From: Candidatus Undinarchaeota archaeon
GTDB taxonomy: Archaea > SpSt-1190 > JASMDC01
NCBI GenBank assembly: GCA_964519305.1
Contig: CAZFHY010000001.1
Coordinates: 474,132-538,131, forward strand
DNA length: 64,000 nt
Reading direction: 5' to 3'
In this document: positions 1 to 8,469 of the stretch, in pieces
How positions within the stretch are numbered: position 1 is the stretch's first letter
Layout: each line of letters opens with the position of its first letter
Notes under the pieces: generated by a model
The model's database searches: none
The model's input: only the letters and a program-made list of their open reading frames with translations
Told to the model about the DNA's origin: nothing
Translations under genes and position numbers: made by a program

Positions 1-865
1 TGGCTATGTTATGCCACTGGTCATCCCACATGAGGACATAGCTGCCAGCACCCGGGTCAGGGACGTCGATGAAGCGCTTGGTTGTGGGCACTACGTGCTC
101 GACGAACTCCATGAGGTGCGTATGGTTTAGGGCAAGGGTCACGTACCCTATTTTCTCATCGTTCTCGAACACCGGGGTCACCCACCGGATGATGCCGTCG
201 AACCGGTCCCCGTTCGGACGCTCGACCCCCCTGTACGCACGAGTCGAGTTAACATGTTTCCCTACAAGGTGAGACACATAGATCTCACCTTCATCAAGCT
301 CTTTTACATGCTCGAAGTAGTCCTCGACACCAAGATATGTGTTCAAGGGATTCATCACATCGCGCAGGGTCGACTGCTTACCGTCCTTATGCACATGTAT
401 CACTTCGCGGCCGGTGAGGTCCACGAAGGTCATCTCGGAGTATAGAGGCACATTCTGTCGCTGATGGCCTAGATGAACTAGATGTCGCTTCGATTGCAGG
501 AACGCATGATAGACCTCTGGTCTCCGATCCAGGAACCGGGCGACCAGGATGTCGCCATCCCGCTCGTATAGGAAGTTAGCGATGCTACGCGCGAGCTCTA
601 CAGCGCGCATCTCGAGGGCCTCGATGGCCTTCGCGTCAAGTGCCTCGACACTGTCGTTCACCGCCGCGCGACCCAGCTCCCTGGCAGCGGCCAGATCCCG
701 CTCTCCCATGTTGGTGGAGCCCTCCACCGCGTTCATAGCGATGCCCCGGGCGTTCCATACGGCAATGTAGCCGACCACGATCAGAGGGATCACTGAGAGC
801 ACTAGGAAGAGGAGGAATAGTTTGGAGGAGATAGGCAGGTCGTTCAGCCGATCGAATGCTCCCAC
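1..865 (-). CDS. Membrane sensor protein, N-terminal part (TM helix + extracytoplasmic Cache-like region); probable histidine kinase or other signalling protein, truncated by window edge
   Basis: Not in ORF track because it runs off the edge. Manual translation from GTG 865 (alternative ATG 889) is open to position 1: ..LPISSKLFLLFLVLSVIPLIVVGYIAV (TM)..ARSIANFLYERDGDI..PLYSEMTFVDLTGRE..GEIYVSHL..FDGIIRWVTPVFENDEKIGYVTLALNHTHLMEFVEH; pattern typical of Cache-domain sensors. Confidence 0.75.
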   Translation of the reverse strand, partial: MGAFDRLNDLPISSKLFLLFLVLSVIPLIVVGYIAVWNARGIAMNAVEGSTNMGERDLAAARELGRAAVNDSVEALDAKAIEALEMRAVELARSIANFLYERDGDILVARFLDRRPEVYHAFLQSKRHLVHLGHQRQNVPLYSEMTFVDLTGREVIHVHKDGKQSTLRDVMNPLNTYLGVEDYFEHVKELDEGEIYVSHLVGKHVNSTRAYRGVERPNGDRFDGIIRWVTPVFENDEKIGYVTLALNHTHLMEFVEHVVPTTKRFIDVPDPGAGSYVLMWDDQWHNIA

Positions 866-1094
866 GCACTTCGATATGAACACAAACATTTATCTGTCTG
901 TCCAAAGGACGGTCGCCCTTCACGAGCGTGTGAATGTTCCACGTCGTACCATGTTCTGTTCCATTTCTATTAATATCCGGAAGCACAGACTTCTCAATAA
1001 GCGAGACCACGGGCCACCACCCGTCCAACCGGCAAAAAGGAGCCAGGACGGGCGATAATCACAAGGGATGTACCGATCCAGTATCGACGACATT

Positions 1095-1207
1095 TGGCCA
1101 CGTGAGAGAAGAGGGTCACAAATTCGGCCCGGGGAGTTACCAACGCCACCTTGGACGCCCCGGGCCATCCCTTATCACCCCTCCTCTCAGGCCACCCCGT
1201 GGTAACT
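1095..1207 (-). other. Long imperfect hairpin / structured RNA element in intergenic region
   Basis: GGCCCGGGG (1126-1134) pairs perfectly with CCCCGGGCC (1158-1166); outer arms ~1103-1116/1177-1189 pair with G-U wobbles only on the minus strand; closing TGGCC/GGCCA. Confidence 0.45.
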
Positions 1208-1331
1208 GAAGGGAGTACTTACATTGCACCGGGAAAAGGAAAAACAACAAGTGGGGATGATACCTCCATGACGCCCCCCTCCATCTATCTGACGACCGCC
1301 CACTTCGCGGGACCATCCCATCGGTCGCGGC

Positions 1332-2522
1332 CTAGAGGACCGTCAGGCCCACCAGTGCCGCGGCCAGGAAGGCCAGCGTCACCGGACCTGCCACGGCTCT
1401 GGCGAATCCTCGCATATCCGTCCTGAAGTACTCAAGGGACACCACCAGGCACGGGTGGACGGGCGATACCATATAACCGAGGAAGACTGCCAGGTACATC
1501 ACGGCGAAGGGTATCGGCCGCATTGTCGTCGCGCCCACCATGGCCAGATGTATGGGGATTAGGATCGAGGCGGGGAGCTGGATGCGTCCTGTTGCCACAC
1601 CCAGTAAGAAACCCACTGGTACCAGGAGCGCCCATTGGGACGGTGCCACACCAGCTATGAACGACGGTGCCGGCGATGCAGTGAACATCTCCAGGAACAG
1701 GAACATCCCAAGGACTATGGCGCCGAAGCTCCAGGGACGCATCTTTCGGGCGACGTTCCTGAGGTCACGACCCTTGGGACCCGTGAGCGCATAGGCCAGG
1801 ACCAGGGCCACGATGACGCCCGCCAGCGCCCCGAGTGTCGGGAACGGGAGCAGCCCTGCCCTCTGCAAGAGCAGATCGACGGCCGGTGCCGAGAACAGGA
1901 CGACCATTGGCACGATACCTGTCCAGGGATCGCCCTCCCCCGGGCCATCGTTCGGCACCTGGCGAAGCAGGAGGACATAGCCGAGCAGGCCACAGAACAC
2001 GAACCCCGGCACTTGCCACGGGATGACCTCGTACACACCGAGACCGGCCATCTCGGCCGAAGCGATGAGCGACGGGCTAAGAGGATAGATCAGGAACATT
2101 AGGTGCCGATACCATACGTTGATGGCCACCTTCAGCTCACCGGGGACGTCCGCCCCGCGTCGTTCCACCAGCGGTGCCGAGAGCAATGCACCCCCGGGCA
2201 TGGGGAGCATCCCTACCATGGCCGGCGCGACCGCAAGGAATGGACGGCGGCCCATCCGAAGGCTCGCCACGAGCCGGTCCATGAGCCCGCCCTCCTCCAT
2301 CACACCACCGATGAGGGGGATGACCGCTACCGCAAGAGCGAGGGCTAGCACGGACGGATCTCCAAGGGTGGCCCCCGCGATCCATACGACCGTGGCGGCC
2401 GGAAGGGTCAGGAGCCCCAAGGTAAGCGCCCCTGCGGTGAGGGCTCCGGGGAGGCTCCACCGTGCCACGGCGAAGAGCACGCCGAATGACAGCGCCAAGC
2501 TCATGAGCACAGGGAGGGGCAT
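1332..2522 (-). CDS. DUF401-family integral membrane protein (putative transporter)
   Basis: 396 aa, ~11 hydrophobic segments, GMLPMPGGALLSAP and GYMVSPVHPCL motifs characteristic of DUF401. Confidence 0.8.
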   Translation of the reverse strand: MPLPVLMSLALSFGVLFAVARWSLPGALTAGALTLGLLTLPAATVVWIAGATLGDPSVLALALAVAVIPLIGGVMEEGGLMDRLVASLRMGRRPFLAVAPAMVGMLPMPGGALLSAPLVERRGADVPGELKVAINVWYRHLMFLIYPLSPSLIASAEMAGLGVYEVIPWQVPGFVFCGLLGYVLLLRQVPNDGPGEGDPWTGIVPMVVLFSAPAVDLLLQRAGLLPFPTLGALAGVIVALVLAYALTGPKGRDLRNVARKMRPWSFGAIVLGMFLFLEMFTASPAPSFIAGVAPSQWALLVPVGFLLGVATGRIQLPASILIPIHLAMVGATTMRPIPFAVMYLAVFLGYMVSPVHPCLVVSLEYFRTDMRGFARAVAGPVTLAFLAAALVGLTVL

Positions 2523-2579
2523 AGACGGCAGGAATGTGTGAGGGCGTTATAAGGATTGGGTTGGGGTGCGTGAACTACC

Positions 2580-3137
2580 TTACGCCACTGAGCGCATGGT
2601 GGCCACATGCGTCTGAGCACGGCCGCCCACCTCGTGGTACCAGTCGCTGTTCTCCATTTCGTTCGCCGCCTGCTCCCAGTTGCCTGTCGTGAGGGCTAGG
2701 TTGAGCTTCACGAACAAGGAGAACCGGTTGGGGCCGAGGTTGAACATCATGTCCACCACAACGTGCTTGACGTCGCGAGGCATGTTGTCCCAGGTCGCAG
2801 GGAAGGCCTGCTGACTTTGCGCAATAGCACGCTCAAGATCGCCCTCGAACAGCTTGTTGCACTTTTCCTTGGACACCGTCTGCCCCACCTTCAGGCCGTC
2901 GAGGGGGGTTACAAGATGGCCCCAGCACACGGTCGGGTTACCGTACTTGTCCGGGTACACGGTCTCTTCGTACCCCTCGTAGCCCTTGGTCATGGCGTCG
3001 AGCTGTTGCATATCGATCCCTTTTGTGTCCTTCGTTTCCTCAGTGTCATCCCGGGGGATCATGGCCTGCGAGTCACCGAAGCAGCCACTGACCATGACAA
3101 GGGCGAGAAGGAGTGCTAGATGAAGGACGCGTACCAT
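2580..3137 (-). CDS. T4-type lysozyme (GH24 muramidase) with lipoprotein signal peptide
   Basis: Start reassigned to ATG 3137 (MVRVLHLALLLALVMVSGC, lipobox VSGC), ~25 nt after BRE/TATA CGAAAGGTTTTTATCC. Catalytic E-x8-D-x5-T in YEGYEETVYPDKYGNPTVCWGHL; DMMFNLG and WEQAANEMENSDWYHEVGGRA match T4-lysozyme C-lobe. Confidence 0.88.
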   Translation of the reverse strand: MVRVLHLALLLALVMVSGCFGDSQAMIPRDDTEETKDTKGIDMQQLDAMTKGYEGYEETVYPDKYGNPTVCWGHLVTPLDGLKVGQTVSKEKCNKLFEGDLERAIAQSQQAFPATWDNMPRDVKHVVVDMMFNLGPNRFSLFVKLNLALTTGNWEQAANEMENSDWYHEVGGRAQTHVATMRSVA

Positions 3138-3160
3138 CGAATGCTCACTAAGTTTCAAGG

Positions 3161-3176
3161 GATAAAAACCTTTCGA
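3161..3176 (-). promoter_or_regulatory. BRE/TATA promoter of lysozyme gene
   Basis: Minus strand CGAAAGGTTTTTATCC, ~24 nt upstream of ATG 3137. Confidence 0.6.
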
Positions 3177-3183
3177 GCTCGTC

Positions 3184-5544
3184 CTACACCGCGTCAACTG
3201 ACACGACGTACGTGTCGTCATCGCGCGCAACTGCAGCACCCACACCGTTCACGGTCGCTCCCGTCACTTCGCTCTCTGAGTGGATGATGAACCTGTAGGT
3301 CTTCACCTCGGTGGCGTAGCCCTCTTGTATCCGGTCCACGGTTATCTCTGCAGTACCGGCGTCGTTGCGGTAGGCGAACTCGGTGAGGTTGTACTCGCCC
3401 TGCTTGAATCCGAAGGAGTGCCCGTCGTCCTCGTAGAACCGACCCTCGGCGCGGTCGTCAGCGTACACGTGGAGCTCCAGCTCCTCTGTAGGTTTCTCAT
3501 CAGTGTACTGCATGGCCGGCCCCATGGGCACGATCGAACCCTGCTTCACATACAGGGGCATGGTGTCCACGGGCGCGTCCTTGACAACGGTCTGGCGGCC
3601 ATCGTGGACCTCGTCGGTCCAGTAGTCGACCCATCTGCCCTCGGGGAGGTAGACATCGCGCTCCCGCGCCCCCTCCTTGGTCACCGGGGCCACCAGGAGG
3701 GCGTCCCCGTACATGAATTCGTTCGAGAGGTTGCGTACGTTCGGGTCGTTCTGGTGGTCGAGCACAAGCGGCCGCATCACGGGGATACCGGTCTCGGACG
3801 CCTGGCGGAAGGCGTCGTAGGTGTAGGGCATGAGCTGGTAGCGGAGGGTTAGATAGTCACGAGCTATGTCCTCGGTCTCCTGGCCGAAGGTCCATGGCTC
3901 CTGCTCACGGGTGTGACGGGAGGAGTGGGTACGGCAGAAGGGTGAGAAAGCACCGAACTGGACCCAGCGGGCATATAGCTCGGGAGTACAGTCAGCGCCG
4001 AACCCACCGATGTCGGTACCGGTGAACGCAATCCCGGACAGACCCATGTTCTCCATCATTGGCATGCCCATGTCCAGGTGCTCCCACTTGCTCCGGTTGT
4101 CGCCGGTCCACACGGCCGCGTATCGCTGGATACCGGAGAAGCCCGAGCGTGTGAGCACGAAAGGACGCTCGTCAGGATTGGCGCGCAGCAGGCCCTCGTA
4201 CGTGGCCATGTCCTCGTACATACCGTACACGTTATGTGCTTCGTTATGCTTGACGTCGCCCAGGTCGCCGTGATGCTCCATGTCGTCGGGCATGGTCTTG
4301 TAGGTGTCGATGATAGCGGGCTCGTTCATATCGTTCCAGATACCGGCGATACCGGCATCGGTGAGACGGCCGTACAGGTCTCCCCACCACTGTCTGACCT
4401 CCTCCCGGGTGAAGTCCGGGAAGGCGGCGGATTTGGGCCATACCGGAGCGTGGAACACGTCGCCGTTCTCGTCGGTGATAAAGTAGCCCTCCTTCATCCC
4501 TTCAGAGTACACGTCATAGTTATCCCCGTCGTCCACCCCAGGATCGATGATGGTGACTGTGCGAATCCCTTGGTCCTTCAGCTCCTTGATCATGGTCTCC
4601 GGATCAGGGAACCGCTGCGGGTCCCACGTGAACACGCGGTACTGGTCCATGTAGTCGATATCGAGCCAGATCGCGTCAAGTGGGATGTCCCGCTGACGGA
4701 ATCCGTCGGCGATCTCGCGAACCGTGGCCTCGGGGAAGTAGCTCCACTTGCACTGGTGGTTGCCCAATGACCATCTCGGAGGTAGCGGCATCCTGCCAGT
4801 GACCTCGGTGAAGCGCTCCACCACATGGCGCATTGCAGGTCCCTTGAGGAAATAGTAGTTGAGCTGGCCGCCGTCGGCCGTGACGCTCGCCTTATCAGCC
4901 CCGTTCTCTGCCATGGAGAACGTGGTGCGGAAGGTGTTGTCAAGGAACAGTCCGTAGGCAGTCTCGTCGTGCAGCCCTATGTAGAACGGGTGCGCCTGGT
5001 ACATCTCGTCGGTACCGCCAGCGTGGTCGCCATTAGCATCCCAGGTCCATTGCGTTAGGTGCTCGCCTCGCTTGTCCAGCGGCCCCGTCTTCTCGCCAAG
5101 CCCGTAGAACGACTCGTCCCCGGCGACCTCGCGCTCCATGCTTATCCGCCCCTCGTCATCCCAGGTCATCCCCTGACCGGCGTCGCGTGTGATGACGGTG
5201 TCGTCGGTATCGGCGAAGGTCACCCTGCCTGATGTCTTATCCACATAGACATGGAGCTCATCGGAGGTGAGGAGGTATGCATCAGACCGGTCCTCGACGG
5301 TCACGTCGGACCCCCCAAGGTCGCGTGTAAGGATAGCTGGGGAGTCTTTCCGTGCGGCGCCGTCCGTGTCCAGTCGGACGTTCACCACGTCATCGGCAAG
5401 GAACTCGATCCGGACATCGGCCTCCGATCCGTGGAACACGTAGGAGTCGCCGTCGATGTCGTATCCTCCGACGGTGCCCACTCCGTGGACGGTCGGACCG
5501 CTAGCATCCTCGCTCTGACTAGTCATCGTGGCATCCCCTGCCAT
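3184..5544 (-). CDS. GH31 alpha-glucosidase
   Basis: WLDIDYMD, nucleophile motif GIWNDMNEP, WTGDN, GTDIGGF, FCRTH; start moved to ATG 5544 (upstream ORF extension is junk-like and overlaps divergent gene). Confidence 0.93.
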   Translation of the reverse strand: MAGDATMTSQSEDASGPTVHGVGTVGGYDIDGDSYVFHGSEADVRIEFLADDVVNVRLDTDGAARKDSPAILTRDLGGSDVTVEDRSDAYLLTSDELHVYVDKTSGRVTFADTDDTVITRDAGQGMTWDDEGRISMEREVAGDESFYGLGEKTGPLDKRGEHLTQWTWDANGDHAGGTDEMYQAHPFYIGLHDETAYGLFLDNTFRTTFSMAENGADKASVTADGGQLNYYFLKGPAMRHVVERFTEVTGRMPLPPRWSLGNHQCKWSYFPEATVREIADGFRQRDIPLDAIWLDIDYMDQYRVFTWDPQRFPDPETMIKELKDQGIRTVTIIDPGVDDGDNYDVYSEGMKEGYFITDENGDVFHAPVWPKSAAFPDFTREEVRQWWGDLYGRLTDAGIAGIWNDMNEPAIIDTYKTMPDDMEHHGDLGDVKHNEAHNVYGMYEDMATYEGLLRANPDERPFVLTRSGFSGIQRYAAVWTGDNRSKWEHLDMGMPMMENMGLSGIAFTGTDIGGFGADCTPELYARWVQFGAFSPFCRTHSSRHTREQEPWTFGQETEDIARDYLTLRYQLMPYTYDAFRQASETGIPVMRPLVLDHQNDPNVRNLSNEFMYGDALLVAPVTKEGARERDVYLPEGRWVDYWTDEVHDGRQTVVKDAPVDTMPLYVKQGSIVPMGPAMQYTDEKPTEELELHVYADDRAEGRFYEDDGHSFGFKQGEYNLTEFAYRNDAGTAEITVDRIQEGYATEVKTYRFIIHSESEVTGATVNGVGAAVARDDDTYVVSVDAV

Positions 5545-5678
5545 TCGTGTCCCCTGATGACATACTACGCGCAAGAGGCTGCCTATAAAGGTTATGGTGA
5601 CGGTGAGCGGAGGACTGCCCAATGGATAGGTACTTATACCGGCCCGCAGGCCCCGCGGACACAGGTGTAGGTATCCCC

Positions 5679-6509
5679 ATGTACGACTCCATCGTGGACG
5701 GAGAAAGAGCGCGGGTAGACCTGGAGGAGCTGTGCTCCTACCGGACGAATCCTCAGCGCGCCGACCACGTCCGTGAGCGGTTCGGGGCACTGGGGCTTGA
5801 GACGGTCACCGAGGATCTTGAAGGTCACCGCGGGGTGTACGACCGCAACGTCATCGCTACCTACGAGGGTGATCCCGGCTCGGATCGGTACGTGATGGTT
5901 TGCGCTCACCACGATAAGGTGTACGGCTCTCCAGGGGCCAACGACAACGCATCGGGCACCGTGGCCCTCATGGAACTGGCCGACGCGTTCGTGCAGCACA
6001 ACGATAAGATCAATGTCGTATTCGCTTCCTTTGCTGCCGAGGAGTTCATGCTCGAAGGATCCTCACTGTACGTTGCAGGTCTGTCCGACGAGGAACGGGC
6101 ACGGTACGTGGGTGCCATCAACCTCGACTGCATCGGGGCTGGGGACGAACTTGTGGTCACAAGCAGGACCATGGGCCGACAACACGATGCTGAGCTCAAC
6201 ACCACTATCCTGGAGACCGCTGACGAGCTGGGTATCCCCTGCGTGGAGAAGGACTTCAAGAAAGGTCTCTCGGACCACCTCAGCCTGATGGACGGGGGTA
6301 TCCCGGCGACCTACATCGCGCGCATGGACCGGCCGGGATGGGGCAACCTCCTCCAGCGATGGCTCGACGGCCACACCCTTCCCAACGACATCCATACGAA
6401 GGGCGACCGGCCCGAAGGTATCAACGATGGTGAGATGTCCGAGGCCATCGACGTGACATACCATTCCCTGAAGGACATCTACAGCAAGGCCGTGGATCAG
6501 GTCACGTGA
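5679..6509 (+). CDS. M28-family zinc metallo-aminopeptidase
   Basis: CAHHD, GANDNASG, FAAEE, INLDC, SDH, IHTKGD zinc/catalytic motifs; no evident signal peptide. Confidence 0.88.
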   Translation: MYDSIVDGERARVDLEELCSYRTNPQRADHVRERFGALGLETVTEDLEGHRGVYDRNVIATYEGDPGSDRYVMVCAHHDKVYGSPGANDNASGTVALMELADAFVQHNDKINVVFASFAAEEFMLEGSSLYVAGLSDEERARYVGAINLDCIGAGDELVVTSRTMGRQHDAELNTTILETADELGIPCVEKDFKKGLSDHLSLMDGGIPATYIARMDRPGWGNLLQRWLDGHTLPNDIHTKGDRPEGINDGEMSEAIDVTYHSLKDIYSKAVDQVT

Positions 6510-6518
6510 TATGCCGCT

Positions 6519-8459
6519 TCAGGACTCGGCCTCGAATCCTTCTGGTGCGAGCCGCTGCAACCTTGCACGTGCCTCGATGACGAACCGCTCCACCTCGTCC
6601 TGTGCGAGATGGTCGTTGGCGAACTCGAAAGCGCCCGGGACCACCCACGGCAGGTGCCAGTAGAGCTCACGGAACAGCCCCCCGTTCCAGATGGAGAAGG
6701 CAGGATCCTTCACCGGGAGCAGCTTGTGGTCCCCCCGCTGTACCGCGTCCCAGAGTGGGCTTCCCGGGAAGGCGATGAGGGAGAACAGGTTGGGCTTCAC
6801 GTACGGAGCATGGGTGGTGACCATCTCTTCGAGGAACGACACCGTGGCCTGCATGTCAGCGCGGTCCTCGTGCGGTAAGGCCACGATGCCACCGATGCTC
6901 ATCCCGATACCCTTCGACGCAGCATGGGCGATGAGCCGACGGGCCCGCTCAACGTACTTGACAGGATCACCGGTCTTTCCCATGAACTTCAGACTGGCCG
7001 GGACCACGCTCTCCAGACCCAGATAGATGCTCTCAAGACCGACTTCGCTCATCCTGTCGATGAGATCGGTGGTCAGGGTGTCCACGCGGGACGAGCACGT
7101 CCACACCAGTTCCGGCCTTTTCTCGCCAAGGAGCTCGCAGAACCGTCCGACCCAGCGGGAATCTGCGGTGAAAAGATTATCAGAGAACTCTATCCGTGTC
7201 ACACCCCACCGTTCGTGTAGGTCAATAAGCTCCCGGACAACGTACTCAGGCGAGTTCTGTCGCATGGCCGGGTACATCTTCTCGTTGGAGCAGTAGGTAC
7301 ATGAGAACGGACAGCCACGGCTGGTGCTCACAGTCACAGCACGACCTGGCCGTGCTCCCACGAACCGCTCGTAGGAGGGGAACGGTAACGAGTCAAGGTC
7401 CTTGATGGGTGCTGCCGGTGGCGTGTGGATGACCTCGGACCCGCTGCGGTAGGACAACCCTTGCACGTCGTCGAAGGGCTGCCCCTTTACTAGTCGATCT
7501 ACGAGAGCAGGGAAGGTCGCCTCGCCCTCGCCACGCACGAGCACATCGGCCTCCGGTAGGATAGAGAGGAGCTCGGTGGGATTCTCAGTGGCAGGATAAC
7601 CGCCCATCACAACGGGAACGTCGGGATGGCGCGGTCTGAAGGCCCGGACCAGTTCAAGGGCGAACGGGAGATTGGAGGTCCAGGCACCAACACCGAGGAT
7701 GTCGGGCCGGGTCCGCTCGATCACCGAAAGGATGTGGGACAAGTGCCGCCGGGCTTCTGCGAGTGGTACGGTGATGACGTTGTCGAGGTCCAGCACGATG
7801 TTGGCATCAACGCAGGATACCTCTATGGACTGATCTGCACGCTCGAGCGCTGCGGCCAGGTAAGCGAGATTGAGCGAGGGTCGCGGCGGAGTGCCGTCCA
7901 CGGTGGGGGGCCATACGAGGGTGATCCGCTTGCCTGTGGCCTGTCGGACCGGCCCGATCGAGCGGGGGATTGAGCGGCAGCCCCAGTGACAGGTCCCACG
8001 CGCCCAATGACGACAGGCGCGACACTCGTCAGGCACAGGTGCAATATCGCGATAGAGACGGGCATAATCGGCCACCGCTGCTTCGCTCGGGAAAGAGGCG
8101 CGCGGAGGGCCACACCACCGATCGGTGACGCGGCACAGTACCACACACCCTTCATCCAACGTCCAGGCGTCCTCGCACTCATCACAGGACGTGGGCACGT
8201 CCATCCCCCACGCAGGATCCCCCGCGCCGAGAAGGCAAGGAGGTAAAGGGGTGCGCACCCTGACCGATATCCCTCCCTCGCGTAGCATCGTGAGAGCGTC
8301 CCGTAACCGCCGCCCCATGGATGGAGTGCGGTCCTCCGGAGGGAGCTCGAGGGAGAGTTGTACGGGGTCACTTGCACCCGTCAGGTCCGCTATAGCATCC
8401 ACTAGCTCAGCGATGGTTCCCCGGAACACACGACCGTTCTCAGATGGTGCGTCGCTCAT
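6519..8459 (-). CDS. B12-binding radical SAM protein with N-terminal Cys-rich (SPASM-like) extension
   Basis: B12 domain (PSLNLAYLAA, VVMGG, RGEGE), SRGCPFSCTYC, FSDNLF, GLES; N-terminal PLPPC..CDEC..C..C..ECRACRHWARGTCHWGC; GAGGGGG upstream of ATG 8459. Confidence 0.88.
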   Translation of the reverse strand: MSDAPSENGRVFRGTIAELVDAIADLTGASDPVQLSLELPPEDRTPSMGRRLRDALTMLREGGISVRVRTPLPPCLLGAGDPAWGMDVPTSCDECEDAWTLDEGCVVLCRVTDRWCGPPRASFPSEAAVADYARLYRDIAPVPDECRACRHWARGTCHWGCRSIPRSIGPVRQATGKRITLVWPPTVDGTPPRPSLNLAYLAAALERADQSIEVSCVDANIVLDLDNVITVPLAEARRHLSHILSVIERTRPDILGVGAWTSNLPFALELVRAFRPRHPDVPVVMGGYPATENPTELLSILPEADVLVRGEGEATFPALVDRLVKGQPFDDVQGLSYRSGSEVIHTPPAAPIKDLDSLPFPSYERFVGARPGRAVTVSTSRGCPFSCTYCSNEKMYPAMRQNSPEYVVRELIDLHERWGVTRIEFSDNLFTADSRWVGRFCELLGEKRPELVWTCSSRVDTLTTDLIDRMSEVGLESIYLGLESVVPASLKFMGKTGDPVKYVERARRLIAHAASKGIGMSIGGIVALPHEDRADMQATVSFLEEMVTTHAPYVKPNLFSLIAFPGSPLWDAVQRGDHKLLPVKDPAFSIWNGGLFRELYWHLPWVVPGAFEFANDHLAQDEVERFVIEARARLQRLAPEGFEAES

Positions 8460-8469
8460 CGGTCCCCCC

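Noticed and set aside
1232-1305. GGATGATA..CTGA within an AAGTGGG/CCCACTT stem as a C/D RNA
   Set aside because: Box C is degenerate and the spacing short; better explained as a hairpin plus T-tract terminator of the DUF401 gene.
2580-3245. Prophage suggested by the lysozyme
   Set aside because: No holin, terminase, capsid, integrase or att-like repeats; the flanks are metabolic genes and the promoter is host-like.
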